A DNA stretch of 63,642 nucleotides, counting the filler, from Phoronis australis (Eukaryota; Animalia; Phoronida), in the NCBI GenBank assembly GCA_002633005.1. It is 6 parts of 6 records of this genome, joined end to end, with 100 filler letters (N's around TTAATTAATTAA, not from the genome) between each part and the next. Parts side by side here need not be neighbours in the genome. Positions count along the whole stretch, not along the records: positions 1 to 27,876 come from NMRA01000278.1; 5 more parts are not named here. One strand, written 5' to 3'. Position numbers and translations under genes: made by a program. This document shows, in pieces, positions 1 through 12,992 of the stretch. The notes beneath the pieces were generated by a model, which saw nothing but the letters and a program-made list of their open reading frames with translations, made no database searches and was not told the DNA's origin. Numbering within the stretch: position 1 is the first letter of the stretch; every line of letters starts with the position of its first letter.

Positions 1-137
1 GGGGGGGGGGGGGGGTTTGCGTTGAAAAACTACGACGACCACAGGAGTTATACGTCGATACAGTTGTAGGTTAATGAATAAACTAAACGTATAAGCGTAC
101 TCGTTGAAACAAATAACGATAAGAATAAACGGCCTAC

Positions 138-258
138 CGGTTTGTGGGCAATGAACAAACTGGTGATGGCCTTTTTGAGCATGGAGACCTCATTGTGTTC
201 CTCAGGATGAACATGGACGAACTCGATCAAACCCACAGGTGTCAGCTCGAACAGGAAC
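138..258 (-). CDS. Gene A exon 4 (FLFELTPVGLIEFVHVHPEEHNEVSMLKKAITSLFIAHKP); gene continues beyond window start
   Basis: ttccag acceptor and CCG|gtaggc donor. PF-x-F...G-x-I...E...KKAIxSLF is the Vitellogenin_N beta-barrel/helix signature. Confidence 0.75.
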
Positions 259-517
259 CTGGAACCGTTATCCATTAAATCATATAATGCGGATGATGAT
301 ATAGTTCAAGATTCATGTAAAGGTCTGATGACGCTACAGCCATGGCGCGGAGGAAAATAGATAACTCAATGACGTGGATATTACAAGTTGGCTTCTCTGT
401 ATTCTAAAATCAGCACGCTACAGAGCCATCTCTGAAAACCATCGAGAGGAACCATTTGCTTTTTGTTTGTTTAATACGACGAGGTAGTGTTCCTAATTGC
501 ACTCGAGGAAAGTTCGA

Positions 518-585
518 TGAATGATCGCTTGAACGGGTAAAGTCATCGCTGAATGATCGCTTGAACGGGTAAAGTCATCGCTGAA
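518..585. repeat. 32-bp tandem duplication
   Basis: tgaatgatcgcttgaacgggtaaagtcatcgc x2. Confidence 0.9.
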
Positions 586-727
586 ACTATATGTTTTTTT
601 TTCGATTTGAAATTTTGCGACCACTTCTGCGTTGGACTTGTTCCGTAATGTTGATCGATAGAAATTTACCCGACGTGCTTTAACTTCAAAGCTGAGTTAC
701 CGTAGCAACAGTTAAGTGTGTACTTAC

Positions 728-764
728 GGTTTTGTCAAGTCCCAGTTCTTTGGATTGGTGGAAA
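728..764 (-). CDS. Gene A exon 3, 37-nt mini-exon (VSTNPKNWDLTKP)
   Basis: ttttgcattccag acceptor and CC|gtaagt donor. It bridges phase 1 to phase 2 exactly as needed and builds the LTKPFLF motif. Confidence 0.7.
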
Positions 765-1697
765 CTGGAATGCAAAAGAATATTGTTTACGTTCGACATA
801 GTTACCATTTTGGGTGTGTCTACTGTGACGTCCATTTAATTAACCCAGCTATCATTTTGAATCTGTATAACATGGATTTAATTCCAACCCCATGTAAAAT
901 GACCTCAAAGATCATTTTTAAAGTTGAAAAATGATCGAGGTCGCTTTAACATGTCTAATTTTAATATGAGCATCAGCTGTCAGTGGAAACATGATGAAGC
1001 ACTTTCCAATAAATAAGAGCATCGACAATCAGTGAAATAATGACTCATCGATCCCTGGCATACAAAGGTGATTCTATTTTTGCAATTTTTGAATTGCTGA
1101 GGAGAGGATTGACATAACGGTTCAACCTAGTGGACACAACGTACGCAGTGGGTGTGTGTGGAAAGGAAACTGGTTGACTTGAAAGACAACTGTCCACACG
1201 ACTAAGGAGGACTGTATTCAGTCTTTATAAGTTTCCATGGTCGCGAAAGCAGCGGGAATGGAATGTATAGTAAACTTTTTTGACTCCTTATGTTAAGCCA
1301 GCTTCGCCCAAGAGTGACGCACAAGGGAACAACCGCCCTCAGATCGGCTCAAATTCTCCCTCCCTTCCGAATGTTTGTCCGTACCCTATCAATTACGCCT
1401 TTTGTCTCCCCTAATTAGAAGTGGTGTCTGAAGCACGTGACTGTTTTTGACTGAAAACCATTTCCCAGTGCTTTGTTTTGATACCCTCCCCATCCCCCGC
1501 AGCTTGGCAGTTCTCTAGACAAGTTTCAACAGCGAAACATTGTCACTGACACGCGTTAAAATTCTACCCTGCACTAAATTTAGGCAATTGTGCGCCCTCC
1601 GTCGGTCGTTACAAAATACTCCTACTTTGTTACCGATTACAGCTTCCCATGTCCCAACAATTTCGCGTTTAGTATTTGGGTATGGCGCCAGTGGTTG

Positions 1698-1796
1698 GTG
1701 CTCACTCCACGGCTGGTTATTCATGGGCAGATGCTCACTCCACGGCTGGTTATCCATGGGCAGGTGCTCACTCCACGGCTGGTTATTCATGGGCAG
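1698..1796. repeat. 33-bp minisatellite x3 (intronic)
   Basis: gtgctcactccacggctggttattcatgggcag x3. Confidence 0.95.
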
Positions 1797-1822
1797 GTAT
1801 AGTCTGCTATTACTGTACTTAC

Positions 1823-1922
1823 CAATATCTTTACCCGTCAAACTCTGTGCGACGCTGTCCACGTGGAGGGAATAGATTGTACCGGTTGCGTCTTCAGTGT
1901 CTTCATGGTGACGGATTCGTAA
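1823..1922 (-). CDS. Gene A exon 2 (LRIRHHEDTEDATGTIYSLHVDSVAQSLTGKDI)
   Basis: ttcacag acceptor and G|gtaagt donor; phase 0 to phase 1, compatible with both neighbouring exons. Confidence 0.75.
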
Positions 1923-4900
1923 CTGTGAACAGTATCCGAAGTCAATGAAATAACGTTTTGAAAGTACTGTAACCATTTTGGTAGCCCCCGTCTCAGTAAC
2001 ATACAATGTACAGCGCCATCTTTGAAAAACCATTGTTATATTCATCTTTAGGGTGGAGACGTTTGTTTTTTGTTTTTAATTCGGTGAGTTTACACGTATG
2101 AATTTCCTAAATGTGCTTGATGAAACCACTGAGTATGGGTCATTTATTGTTTCAGTGGAACGTTTCCCGCCGCTAAATTGTGACCAAACTAGTGGTGCGG
2201 GTGGCGCACCTTCTGTAAAACAATAATTTTTGATTTGGACTACTTTCAGTAAAACCGGTTTCAGCGTCTTCCTTGCTCATATTTGAAACGATTTCTGAGC
2301 CTGAGAAGAAATTACAGTTGACAATTGTTTAAGACGAGGCTCTGAAAGTTTGCTGGACACGGCGGACTAATTTCTGCCGCCCACTGAAACAGCATTACGG
2401 TCAACGTTATCAATTTCAACGTCAAGCAAAATATAAGAAGATTACGCTGCTACTGTGAAAGGTCAATTACCTAAGGAGAAATTCGCTTTTGATGCAAGAC
2501 TAGGAAGGGTTTGTAGCCGCCGCTTTAAATGAGTTCCAAGACTTTTTTTACCACGTGGTGACCTCAGTTGAAATTTCGTGTATCCACAACTATGGTTTTT
2601 TTCGCCTTATGGATGGATAGGGTATGTAAAGAATCCGCGGAGTTACGAAATTATGGCAAAGTATCTATTTTGGTATTGCTAAGAAATGCTTTTGTCCTCA
2701 TTGGCGTTTCTTTGGATAACAGAATAAAGAGTGTTTTCCTTCAACAAACTGATTAATCAGTGTCAAATCACTTGTCTTAATCATTTTGAGTTAAAAAGTT
2801 TTGTCTCTTTATTGCAAAGCGAATTTTAAACATCAGGAACGGTACGTTTTGGAATAAACTACGGTTGTTGCGTGTTTGCCTTAGTTTTGTACTCACAACT
2901 TGCTTTTGTTGGGACGATCATCACGTGATCACGTACGTTATCGAAAATGTGTTTGCTCACTGAATACGTGCTCCATAGTGAATAAATACAACTGGGGTTT
3001 TCATGGCTCCATAGTGGCAAAGATAAACATGAAGGTATTAAATATTCAAAAACGACTACTTAGTGTTGGGCAGGCGACTAAAAGCGTTTGCAAACAAATA
3101 CTGCATTGTAATGAAAGGTAAGTGAAGGTCAAGGCCTACACAACTTACTAGGCACGGCAGTCAAACACTCATTGACAACCTACCAGGCACGGGCAGTCAA
3201 ACACTCATTTACTGTACGGCTCATTTGTGACCGCTTAACGGGCACGTAATATGAACTGTCTGCGTCCTTGTTACCAAGAAAAGGAGCGGCAAAAATGAAA
3301 ATTTTGCCTATTGTTTTAACTCGAACAGAATTGGTAACTGTGCTGTAAAATTAAACCGTTTTCTCAGCACAATCGTGAGTTTTGAGCAAAATAGACAAAA
3401 ATTAAATGATTTTCTGAATCGTTTAATCAGCCCAATCCGAGTTTTTAGCAAACGAAAATAGAACTAGGTCGTTTACTTCAATAACATCGGTCTGATAAAA
3501 TTCCTTACCGTTATCGGATTCGATTTCCGTTGCTAACTCGTTACATGCAATGCGTACACGTGTCATTTTCGAATTCTCAACTTTAAGGTTGTCCAACCCA
3601 AACAAACTCTGAACCACTGATCATTTCGCAACACAAATAGAATGTTGTCACGTTAAGTAATGTTATGAAACCGACTTTATGAGAGTATAAGGCTTAATTT
3701 GATCCCGCTGAACAGACGGATAGCATATTTAAACTATTTCGTCGACGCAATCTGTTTTTAGCAAAATTACTTAAATTAAACCGTTTTCTCAACATAATTG
3801 TGACAGGAAAAATAACATAAATTAAAATGGTTAAAATCTTGCCGTGCGTTCAAGAACCAAACTTTTGATTGAGACCACTTGCCGCTATAAAATTTAAATG
3901 ATTTCAACTTGTTCCTTATTAGATGAGAATCGATTTCTGGGTTTGCAAAAAACTGACAGCTCGTTATTCCTTAAGACCACACTCGACACATACTGTAAAA
4001 TGACGTCACAACTCAGCACGTGGAGATAAAGAAACAAAGAACTGTCGCCGGGTTCTATCCATGCTTTGAAATCATCTCCATTTTGTCTAAGGAACAAATC
4101 GAAACCAATTTCCCAGTTGGTCTAAATCAAAAAATTCATAAAAGGTGCGATGATTTACGTAAATTTAAACGAGTCTTCTGCAAAATCGTGCATTGTGAGC
4201 AAAATTACGTGTCTGTAAGCGTCGGTGTGTGAACATTTTTTTTTCTTAAAAATCGTTTTAAAAGTCTTATTTTTGATAGCCTCCCAAGCAAATGTGGAAG
4301 ATTTCAAAAACAATTACTTGCAGCGTTTCAGAAAACAATGCATAAAACCTGGTATATGAAAGTATCTGATTTATGCTCTGAAGTCAGTTAACTTTGTACG
4401 ATTTTGTAATGATGCTACATAACCTTAGGTACAATAGAACGAGTACATATCTATGGAACTGATAATTTACTTGTTTCAAAACGGCTTTATACTTGTGCTT
4501 TCTATCAAAAAAAAAACACAATTAAGATTTAGCCACGTCTTGCCGTCATAAAAATGGCCTTATCATGTTCCTTACACAGGTTAGACGTGATGTTTGTGGT
4601 CGGGAAGAACTGACAGTCGTTTACGTCTTCAAGCGAGGCTAATGAAAATGATCTGAAGTTCTTTGAACTTGGCCAGTTCTTTTAAACCCTGAAATCACCT
4701 TCAATTTGACTAAAAACAATTTGCTTCCAAGTGTTTTAACAGACAGTCCATACAAAAACTTGCTTGACAAAAAGTGCAGGTGTAATCCCACTTAAAATAA
4801 TTACAACATTGAGTGCTCCAAATTTCCTTGTTTAAAATTGTTCTGTAATGTAATGTTTTCATTCTACTTTCTCTCTAATTAATGGAGGAATTTTTCTCTA

Positions 4901-6244
4901 CCACCTTTACGTTATTTGCTGTCTTCGAGGACAGCGGATTATGGTCTGACTCTTTTTCAAAATAAACCATCAAAGTTATAAATTATCAATTCTGTCTTCT
5001 GAAGGAGGCTTAAATTTTTTAAATCCTCCGCAGTTCCAACTCTGTTTTGCAAATGATTTACAAAATAATTGTTGGTGAGTATGCGCGATATTGTGGGCGA
5101 CTTCATATTTTGGTCACCGAAATTTAAAAAGCGAAAACTGGAAATTTTTGATAACTTATACATTGTAATTGTTGTGTTGTGTTTGAGAAGACGTTTTGCT
5201 CTCTAATTTGGCTATATTTCAAGTCATTTTATGATGTATTAAACAAAGCCATTTGTCATCGTTACGTTATGAAGTTTTACGAGGTGTAGAATGGGTAAGC
5301 TACTTTTCATTGAAATATGACTGTGATCAACGTGTAATATACGCAATAAAAACTAAAATTCTAGATTATTTTGCAATACTCCGAAATAGTGCCCTCAACG
5401 CAATTACCTTTTTATATTTGAATTAATGTAGTTCTCTGTTAAGTATCCGTAAAGATGTAAGCATAATTAACAAATTAGTTCGCAGATGAGTGTTTTGTTT
5501 ATGGCATTTAAAACATTCTTTCGAAATTCGAACTGGCGCATTTTTCCTGTGAATTTAAAAGGCTGACGGTAGGATTTTGAAAAATTACATAAGGATGGAT
5601 TTTAAAACTGTAAGCAAATATGAAACGGTTGTGCTTTGCGCTCACGTTGTTATCACTGTAACTCGGGTGTTGAGTAGAAACAACTTTTTAGCGATTGTCA
5701 CTCCTCGGGTGTTCAAGATAAATAATGTCCGAAAATTATACTCCAATAGCGTACGAACATAACCTGGTGCGACAGTTGTTAACTTATTTAGGTGCTGTAC
5801 TTAAAACGGAGTATATTCGGAAACTGGCATATTTTTTACCTTCCAAATTCCCCAAATATACGCGCGGGCCTAGAAAGGAAAATTTATCAGCGACCTTGGC
5901 ATGCAATAGTTAAGAGAGTGTTTGGTGCCAACGCTACCGTTAGTTACAACACTTATAAACACGTGTTAAAATAAACTATTGTCATTCCTCATTTAGCTTT
6001 CAATTGATTTTGTTTGTTAATTTATGACGCTGTTAATTTTGGGAAACCTTGTAATAGATTTTTCATTGTGGCTCCGTGAGTAGGCCCATGGGCCTATGAG
6101 GAATTCTCCAAATATTTGTAGAATATATAGATTAGAGGCATAAAATTAATTAACATTTTCAACCAAAACATAAACTAACTATTTAGTGAATTTCTAACAA
6201 ATAATCAAACGGAAATAATTGAATTGAACTAACAAATCGCCTAC

Positions 6245-6427
6245 CTTGATAATATGGGTCACATTCTGAACGCCGAGTACGTCTGAGTCTGATTTGTACG
6301 TGTAGTGATAATCAATTCCGGGTAAAAACCTCACGTCAGGCGTTGCATTTGGATCGCCTTCAACTCCAAACAACGTTAGCCAACAGAAAGCGATAAGTAC
6401 AGTCGCTCTTCCCATTCTCGTGCGCAT
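6245..6427 (-). CDS. Gene A exon 1: signal peptide + start of a Vitellogenin_N / large lipid transfer (LLT)-like domain
   Basis: ATG at 6427 (or 6415). MGRATVLIAFCWLTLFGVEG is a hydrophobic signal peptide, followed by FLPGIDYHYTYKS (F-x-P-G-x-x-Y-x-Y-x-Y, typical of LLT N-termini). Ends AAG|gtaggc, phase 0. Confidence 0.75.
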
Positions 6428-9400
6428 GTGGCGTAATCCTAACAAACTTTACAAGTTGGCAAAATTTTTCGCAGGACGACTCTCCATCATGGCTATGATG
6501 TGGTTTGCTGGAGCTATTGACAGTAGATCTTCCCTACGCTTCTGTGTAAGCTATTTTGTTATGCAAACACACGGTGAGAGCTCGGACGAACTGAGGCATT
6601 GTGAAATATTTGGACATTCGCGCAAAGTGTGTTTGCATAACGCTCGTATTGATGGAACTTTCTAAAGATGAATTCGGACAGTTAGGTTATTCTTGTACCA
6701 CTACAGTAGTAGCGATGATGGGTTCATAGTTGGGTTTATTTGTCAAATATACGTTGTCAAATCACGTCACTTTATTATGCTTATTAAAAAAGAACATTAT
6801 TTACCTTTAAAAGGCGTTATTCACGATCGCCTGCAGACAGCGCATTACCACACACTTTTGTGTGTCCAATGCAATAAACCTAGAGTTGTGAAAATAATTA
6901 CAGACACAGTCCTTTCTAACACAAATTTATACTCTCAGTTAACTGGGGTATGTCTTTATGAATAGGTCAAGTTTGACTTGCTACTTGGCTGGGATAACTT
7001 AGGCACATTGCCTAGCCTAGTTTTAGTGCAGTATAAACGCATTCCCATAATTGAACTCTTCCGTCTCTACATTGTCTTCACATTCCCTGTTGCTGTCGCT
7101 GTCGTAGTTAGAACGCCCGTTAATCGCGAAGTATTAGGATTTCATTTTTCACCCAGGTGCGAAAAGAGTAGCGCCTTTCTTGTTTTTGCCATGCTTTCAG
7201 TAAGATGTTCAACACTGTCTTACGACCCGTCATCATCCCAGAGGCCTGTCACGGAGCGGCTAGATAGACATATTTGTTTCCTAGTACACGCACTCCTCCA
7301 AAATGTCTCCGTTGATTGCCAACCTCAGTGCCCCACACCGCACGCAAGGACCCTGTACTTAAATTGGTTCACTAGCCTCAGTCAACTTTTTGGCAGCTAG
7401 GCTACGATGTCATAGTGAATAAGCCTTTCTAATGTTGGATTGAGTAAGTGGCCCCCACCGCCGGGGACCGCGCTACTGACCTCGAAGACCCCACGCTATC
7501 TTGACACTGCGACTGTGTAGGATATTCTATGGAGGTGGAACTGTCGAGATCTGTATACAACTTGTTGTCTCTAATAGACGCAATTTGGAAATTCTGAGAT
7601 TTTAAATCTGCAGCCGTCACCGTATGGAAAGTTTTCTTGTGACCAGGGACTGCATGTTTTTCTTCAGAATTTTGCGTCGATTAGCACAGGCGCCACCTAA
7701 ATTTTTTTTGGCGCTAAATGGGTTCAATTAATGTCAGGTATAAACGAAAAGATGACACACTTGTGTTGACCAATAATACATGTTCAAACGTCATTTGACC
7801 GTTTCACAGATTCTCAACTTGTCACTTGTTCTGGCTTTGTATTCATTTTACATTGCAAGTAATAAAATAAACCCACTGGTCAACGGAGATGTCAACTAGC
7901 TTGTGAAACAGTAAGTTAAACGACTGTCTGTTGGCAAATGTCGCAAAACGTATTTTGGCTTTTCAATTCATACATGAACTGAATAAAGTCAATCAATTTC
8001 TCAAGAAGTTTGTTTATCATCTGAAATCATAAGGCGTGATTGATCGTATAAAGGTTCGGTGAACACGGCGGGTCCAACACCGGCAAGAGCGGTACAAGAA
8101 ACGATACAAATTTCACGAAACCACTTTTATTAAATAAAGTCAAACAAGACATTACCAAAGAAAAAAGTCGCATGCAACGTTTAGACATAATATCAATACA
8201 TTGAGTTATTGCCATGCTTATACAGTATAAAATCATTGCAGTATAGTTTCTCTAATGAGCAGTAGCTGAGTTACAAAATACTCCATGTATAACTTATTCG
8301 GTGGATATGTTTGATTATCACAGAACATCAAATGCATTTTTCAACAATCACAACTTGGCGAGTGATTGAGCGATAATGTAGCTGTCCAGCCGATAACCTT
8401 TATGTAGCCCAGCCCGGGTTCCTGGTCAAATATCATCAGTGTGACGAGAAAGCCATAAAACTTTTTCGAGTTGGCGAACCTTCTACTATCGGTCCGCTTC
8501 ATATCAGTGGCAGGTGACATCTCGCTTTTGAATGATGCTGTCGTCATGACAAGGCATAATTAAATATCAACAGCCGAGATTTCACAATTTCCATGATTAG
8601 ACCAAAGTTAGAAGGAAACACCCCTTTAAGTATCATAAAACCAGTTTTGAATGTATTTTCAAAAATAAAGTTTATGTAAGAAAATTAGTAGCTGCAATGA
8701 AAAAGGGCTAAATAAACATAGTAATGTTAAATATAAACTCAAAAAACCAAAACGAGAAAACTTCTCCATCACCTGTCCCGTTAATCAGTCCGAATAAATA
8801 TCTCAAATTCCAAAAACACACAATCAGAAAGGTAAAGTGTATATTTAATCAGGCAATACACGCAAAACAAACTTAATCCTCAAAAACCACATCATAAAAT
8901 TCAACACTGCTTGAAGATGTTCAAAAACGCCACTGAAAATATGGTAAAAGGACACTACTTGCTTCAGCTCCACATGTAATGTTACATTCCTGGCATTATC
9001 ACGCAATCACTGACTTTCTCTGAGGTCATTATGTTGTTTTAAGACCCCAGAAAATGCTAACTACAGACCCAACATAACTGCACAAAAGGTAAGATGTTAT
9101 TACTACATAATTATTATTACCATTAACTGTTTTTTTTCCACAATCTGGTTGATCTGAAAATTTCGCACAGCCAGGTGAAAATAAAGGCACTTTGGGAGGG
9201 GGGTAATCAAGTTAATTTTAAGAAAAAAATCTTCACGGATGTAGAATTTTGCTTTCATTTCGAACGTTGAAACTGACAAGAAAAACAAAAACTTTCAAAA
9301 TTAGAGATTTGACAGAATGTCTCTTTTTTCTTATGACCTTGTTTCCAAAAACTCAGAAAACACTCCAATTGCCTAGACCAGTTCTCCCTATTGGTCCCAA

Positions 9401-10030
9401 AATTTCAAATTCTAGAGTCCAATCTGAAGTGGTACTTGCAAGTAAAACATGTGGCATCATATGGCCACAACATGTCAAAATTCAATTAGACCAGAGATGT
9501 GAATTATGAAGTGGCGCGCAATGGACTATCAGGGTTTTAAAAACATTTTGCGGAGAAAATGATGAAATACAAATCACCAACTGTGAAATAAGACAAGTTA
9601 TCACTTCTATGGTTTCACTGAAGCTGCAATTAACTAATTTGGCTTAGTTAGCCACTTTTTTTGTATTTCACCATACTTTTGAAGTTGACAACTTTCAACA
9701 TACAGAAGTATTAATTTGTGAGATCACAAGGTCAAAAGGGTTCAGAATACAACTCAATGTGAATTATAAAGTGGAGGGCAAATTAAAAATACATTTTGTA
9801 GAAACAATTATGTGATACAAATCATGAGCCCAGCCAGTCAGCACTATGACACATTGAGTTGCTGACTATCCATCTGCCAAATGTTATTTTATGACATTGG
9901 CTCTAGAGTACAAATCTACATAATAATGTTCAGTTTTGTCAAAACAGTTTCGAAAACGAAATACCATTTGCCCAACATTTTGTGTAATAAAAAGGTGTAG
10001 AATTACCATACCACAAGTGTGCCTACTCGG

Positions 10031-10970
10031 CTACACTAAGGAGATGTTGTCCAGAGCTCCACGGACATCACCAGAGGACAAGGACTTGCGTCGGTCACCC
10101 AAAATTAAGGAAGGATGTTGGTTTGTCTCCTCTGTGAAGACACTATTGAGACTCTCCATACTTGGACACTTTTCAGGACTTTTTGCCTGGCTGCAGTGAC
10201 TTCTCGCACTTTCTGTACGACTTCCCTCCTTCTGGTCAGTAGGGCTATCCTTGCGGTCACTTCCAGCACTTGCCGTACGACTTCCCTCTTTCTGGTCAGT
10301 AGGGCTATCCTTGCGGTCACTTCTAGCACTTCCCGTACGACTTCCCTCCTTCTTGTCAGTAGGGCTATCCTTGCCGTCACTTCCAGCACTTCCCGTACGA
10401 CTTTCCTCCTTCTGGTCAGTAGGGCTATCCTTGCGGTCACTTCCAGCACTTCCTGTACGACTTTCCTCCTTCTGGTCAGTAGGGCTATCCTTGCGGTCAC
10501 TTCCAGCACTTCCTGTACGACTTCCCTCCTTCTGGTCAGTAGGGCTATCCTTGCGGTCACTTCCAGCACTTCCCGTACGACTTCCCTCCTTCTGGTCAGT
10601 AGAGTTATCCTTGAACTCACCGTTAACACTTCCGGTATGACTTTCAAAACTCTGGTCATTCTTGTCAGTAGGGACAATAGGAGCCGTGGTTTTCAACAGC
10701 TTGCTTCTGTTGGATGATGCGGAGTGTCGTGGTGAGGGTTGGGGAGAGGAGCGCGGACTGGTGCCCTGGGCCCAGGCTTGGGGTGAGGAGCGCGGACTGG
10801 TGCCCTGGGCCCAGGCTTGGGGTGAAGGGGTTCGAGAATGTGGCTCGACCCTTAAATCAGTATCTTTACTCCAAGCCATGGAGGACATTGGTTGCGTGGA
10901 GATGGATGGGGTGGTCTCAGGTGGAAGTTGAAGTTCCTCCATTTCAGGCTCTTCGTAGGCACTCTGGGAG
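10031..10970 (-). CDS. Gene B terminal exon: Ser/Pro-rich cytoplasmic tail with 20-aa repeats, ending DNISLV*
   Basis: 303-aa ORF. The cctattccag acceptor at 10971 gives the phase-2 join to the previous exon (D-SQSAYEEPEM...). The acceptor choice is uncertain because an upstream aagcag at 11008 would give an early stop. Confidence 0.65.
10197..10620 (-). repeat. 60-bp coding tandem repeat x~7 (SRTGSAGSDRKDSPTDQKEG)
   Basis: Repeats visible at 60-bp period on lines 10201-10561. A 39-bp duplication (PQAWAQGTSPRSS) lies at ~10738-10826. Confidence 0.95.
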
Positions 10971-11031
10971 CTGGAATAGGACGTGTCACCTTATTTGATA
11001 TTTTCTCCTGCTTTTAAAATTGAAAAGTAAA

Positions 11032-12373
11032 TAACGTAAACTCGCGGGTTAACGCCCTTTGCACTTAAATTGAGAAACCCTGAGACAGGGGGTGAGCAGA
11101 TACCCAAACAGTGGGCACTTACATCCAAGTTTTAGCCAAATTGGACAAGCTCGCGCAGTGTTCATTCAAGCACGGAACTAGTAAGTTTGGTCAAGAAGCG
11201 GGACCTGACAGCCACAAAGTTTCTCACGGCTCAAACACAAACAGGATTTTGACTTTGAAAAGGTGATTTCGAGAGAATATTGCTAAAAACTCTAATGTTT
11301 TCAAATATATTAGCGGGCTGCAAAATGTCACAACACGGAGCTTTATGAAATTCAACTGGCAGTCCACTTTACGTATCAGCAAGTAGTGTTTCAGATCAGT
11401 GAATGGGACTGCATTTTTTAGCAGCGACATTGTATTGTTAGTGTTGTTTGTATGACTGTGTTTAGTTGGAAACCTCCGGTCTGGTCTTGTCGTTGTTAAA
11501 GTCGTCTGCGTACTAAACCCGATAAACTTTCCATTTAATCTTTTAAAATTAGTTTATCTGGCGCAGGACGATTTGTTCCTGGCCGACACAAACAGTTTGC
11601 AGTTACGAGAGGGGTGTGTGAATATTGCTCAATTTAAAACTGAAATAAATCTATGCGTTGACCCAGAAAATAAAGCTATCAAAATCACGTGCTCTATGCG
11701 TGCCATTACATCAGGAGGGGAGTTGACTGATTGGTCAATTCAAATCTTGGTCAACCCAGGATAAAAATCTAGCAAAATCAACTGCTCCATCTGAAAATAC
11801 ATGCCGATGTTTCGAAGTTTTACCTCTTCTAGCCAAAGAATCAAAAAACTTGATCTACTGAACTTGAAAACGCATCAGAAAGGGTGCCTGATAAGAAAAA
11901 ATTTAAATTAGGTAATTCGAAAACTTGTCACCTAGACAAATCTATGTCGGTGACGACCACGACGTCGTAGGTCTAATCTCGTAGTAGACTAGTGTCACTT
12001 CTATAAAAATCTACCAAGTAGGCCTATATTAATTTAACAAAAGATCAGTTGATACGTTTACAAAAGGTGTTTACTGCACTTGAATTATTCCACAAACCCC
12101 GGGTGAAAAACGTACTATTCAAGATAATTGTCCGCAGGTGTAAGCACGCCCGAGGTGAAGCAGTGAGTAAAAGGCTAGCACGGTTCAAGCGCAAGTTCTG
12201 TAAGCCGTAAGTCGAGGATGAACAATTACCCAAGAGCTGGGCGCTTACATGGAAATTAGCACAAAGTAGGGATGGGCGATTACACAAGCAATGGGCGCTT
12301 AAACCGAAAATTGACCAAAAGTCGGGGAAGGGCGATTACCTGGGCATGGGCGTTAACCTGCGAGTTTACAGTA
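11032..12373. mobile_element. Non-autonomous TIR element (Tc1/mariner-like, TA ends)
   Basis: Left taacgtaaactcgcgggttaacgccc vs reverse-complemented right tactgtaaactcgcaggttaacgccc (23/26). Subterminal gggcg(c/a)tta repeats. Confidence 0.75.
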
Positions 12374-12845
12374 TTATCTGTCCTAGAATTTTTAAAATCG
12401 ATGCATTAGAGAAATTAGCGAATAGGTTTTCTTCAGCAGTGTGACTGAGATCAACTTTTATGAAAGGATGGGTTAGTCATAGTCTGGCTTAGGAGCACTT
12501 ATACTGTTGGAATGACAACAGGCCAAATGTTAGCGGACGAGTTGCCTCATGAATAAGATGGAGTACTTTTAGCTCAATTGATCTTGACAGTAAGAAATAG
12601 TCAAGTGTGAGTAGAAAACCGTGTCAACTTAACGTCAAGAATTCGGTGATTGCTGCTGAGTTGAAAACCTAAGTCTTAGATACGTTTGTGTAGCTTTTAA
12701 AAAACAAGAAAAGGAAAACGAACATCTAAAAATGATGTGGGTGGACATTTTTTCTCTAAACAGTGTTGAAGATGAGTCGATGCACAACAGAACTAATTAT
12801 GCTATTTTCAGTGGCCCAATAAAAACAAACCAATATGAGACTTAC

Positions 12846-12992
12846 TCAATGTCAGGCTTGGTCTTGACACACGTGGTGGAGTGCAACTTCTTGGTAAGAT
12901 TTTCATCCTCAGTTGCCACTTGATTCTCATCCATCACGGTCAGTGATGTGTCACAATCAAGGGGAGACAAACCTCGCAAACTCCCACCACTT
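12846..12992 (-). CDS. Gene B juxtamembrane cytoplasmic exon (RSGGSLRGLSPLDCDTSLTVMDENQ...KPDI)
   Basis: ttttag acceptor and GA|gtaagt donor; phase 2-2, matches the TM exon. Confidence 0.8.

Noticed and set aside
1515-2045. 176-aa ORF with NQPWSEHLP repeats as a standalone gene
   Set aside because: It is exon 2 of gene A plus intronic read-through across a 33-bp minisatellite.
10105-10717. Overlapping ORFs in several frames and both strands over the 60-bp repeat
   Set aside because: By-product of a stop-poor repeat with period divisible by 3. Only the 10031 frame fits the spliced gene.
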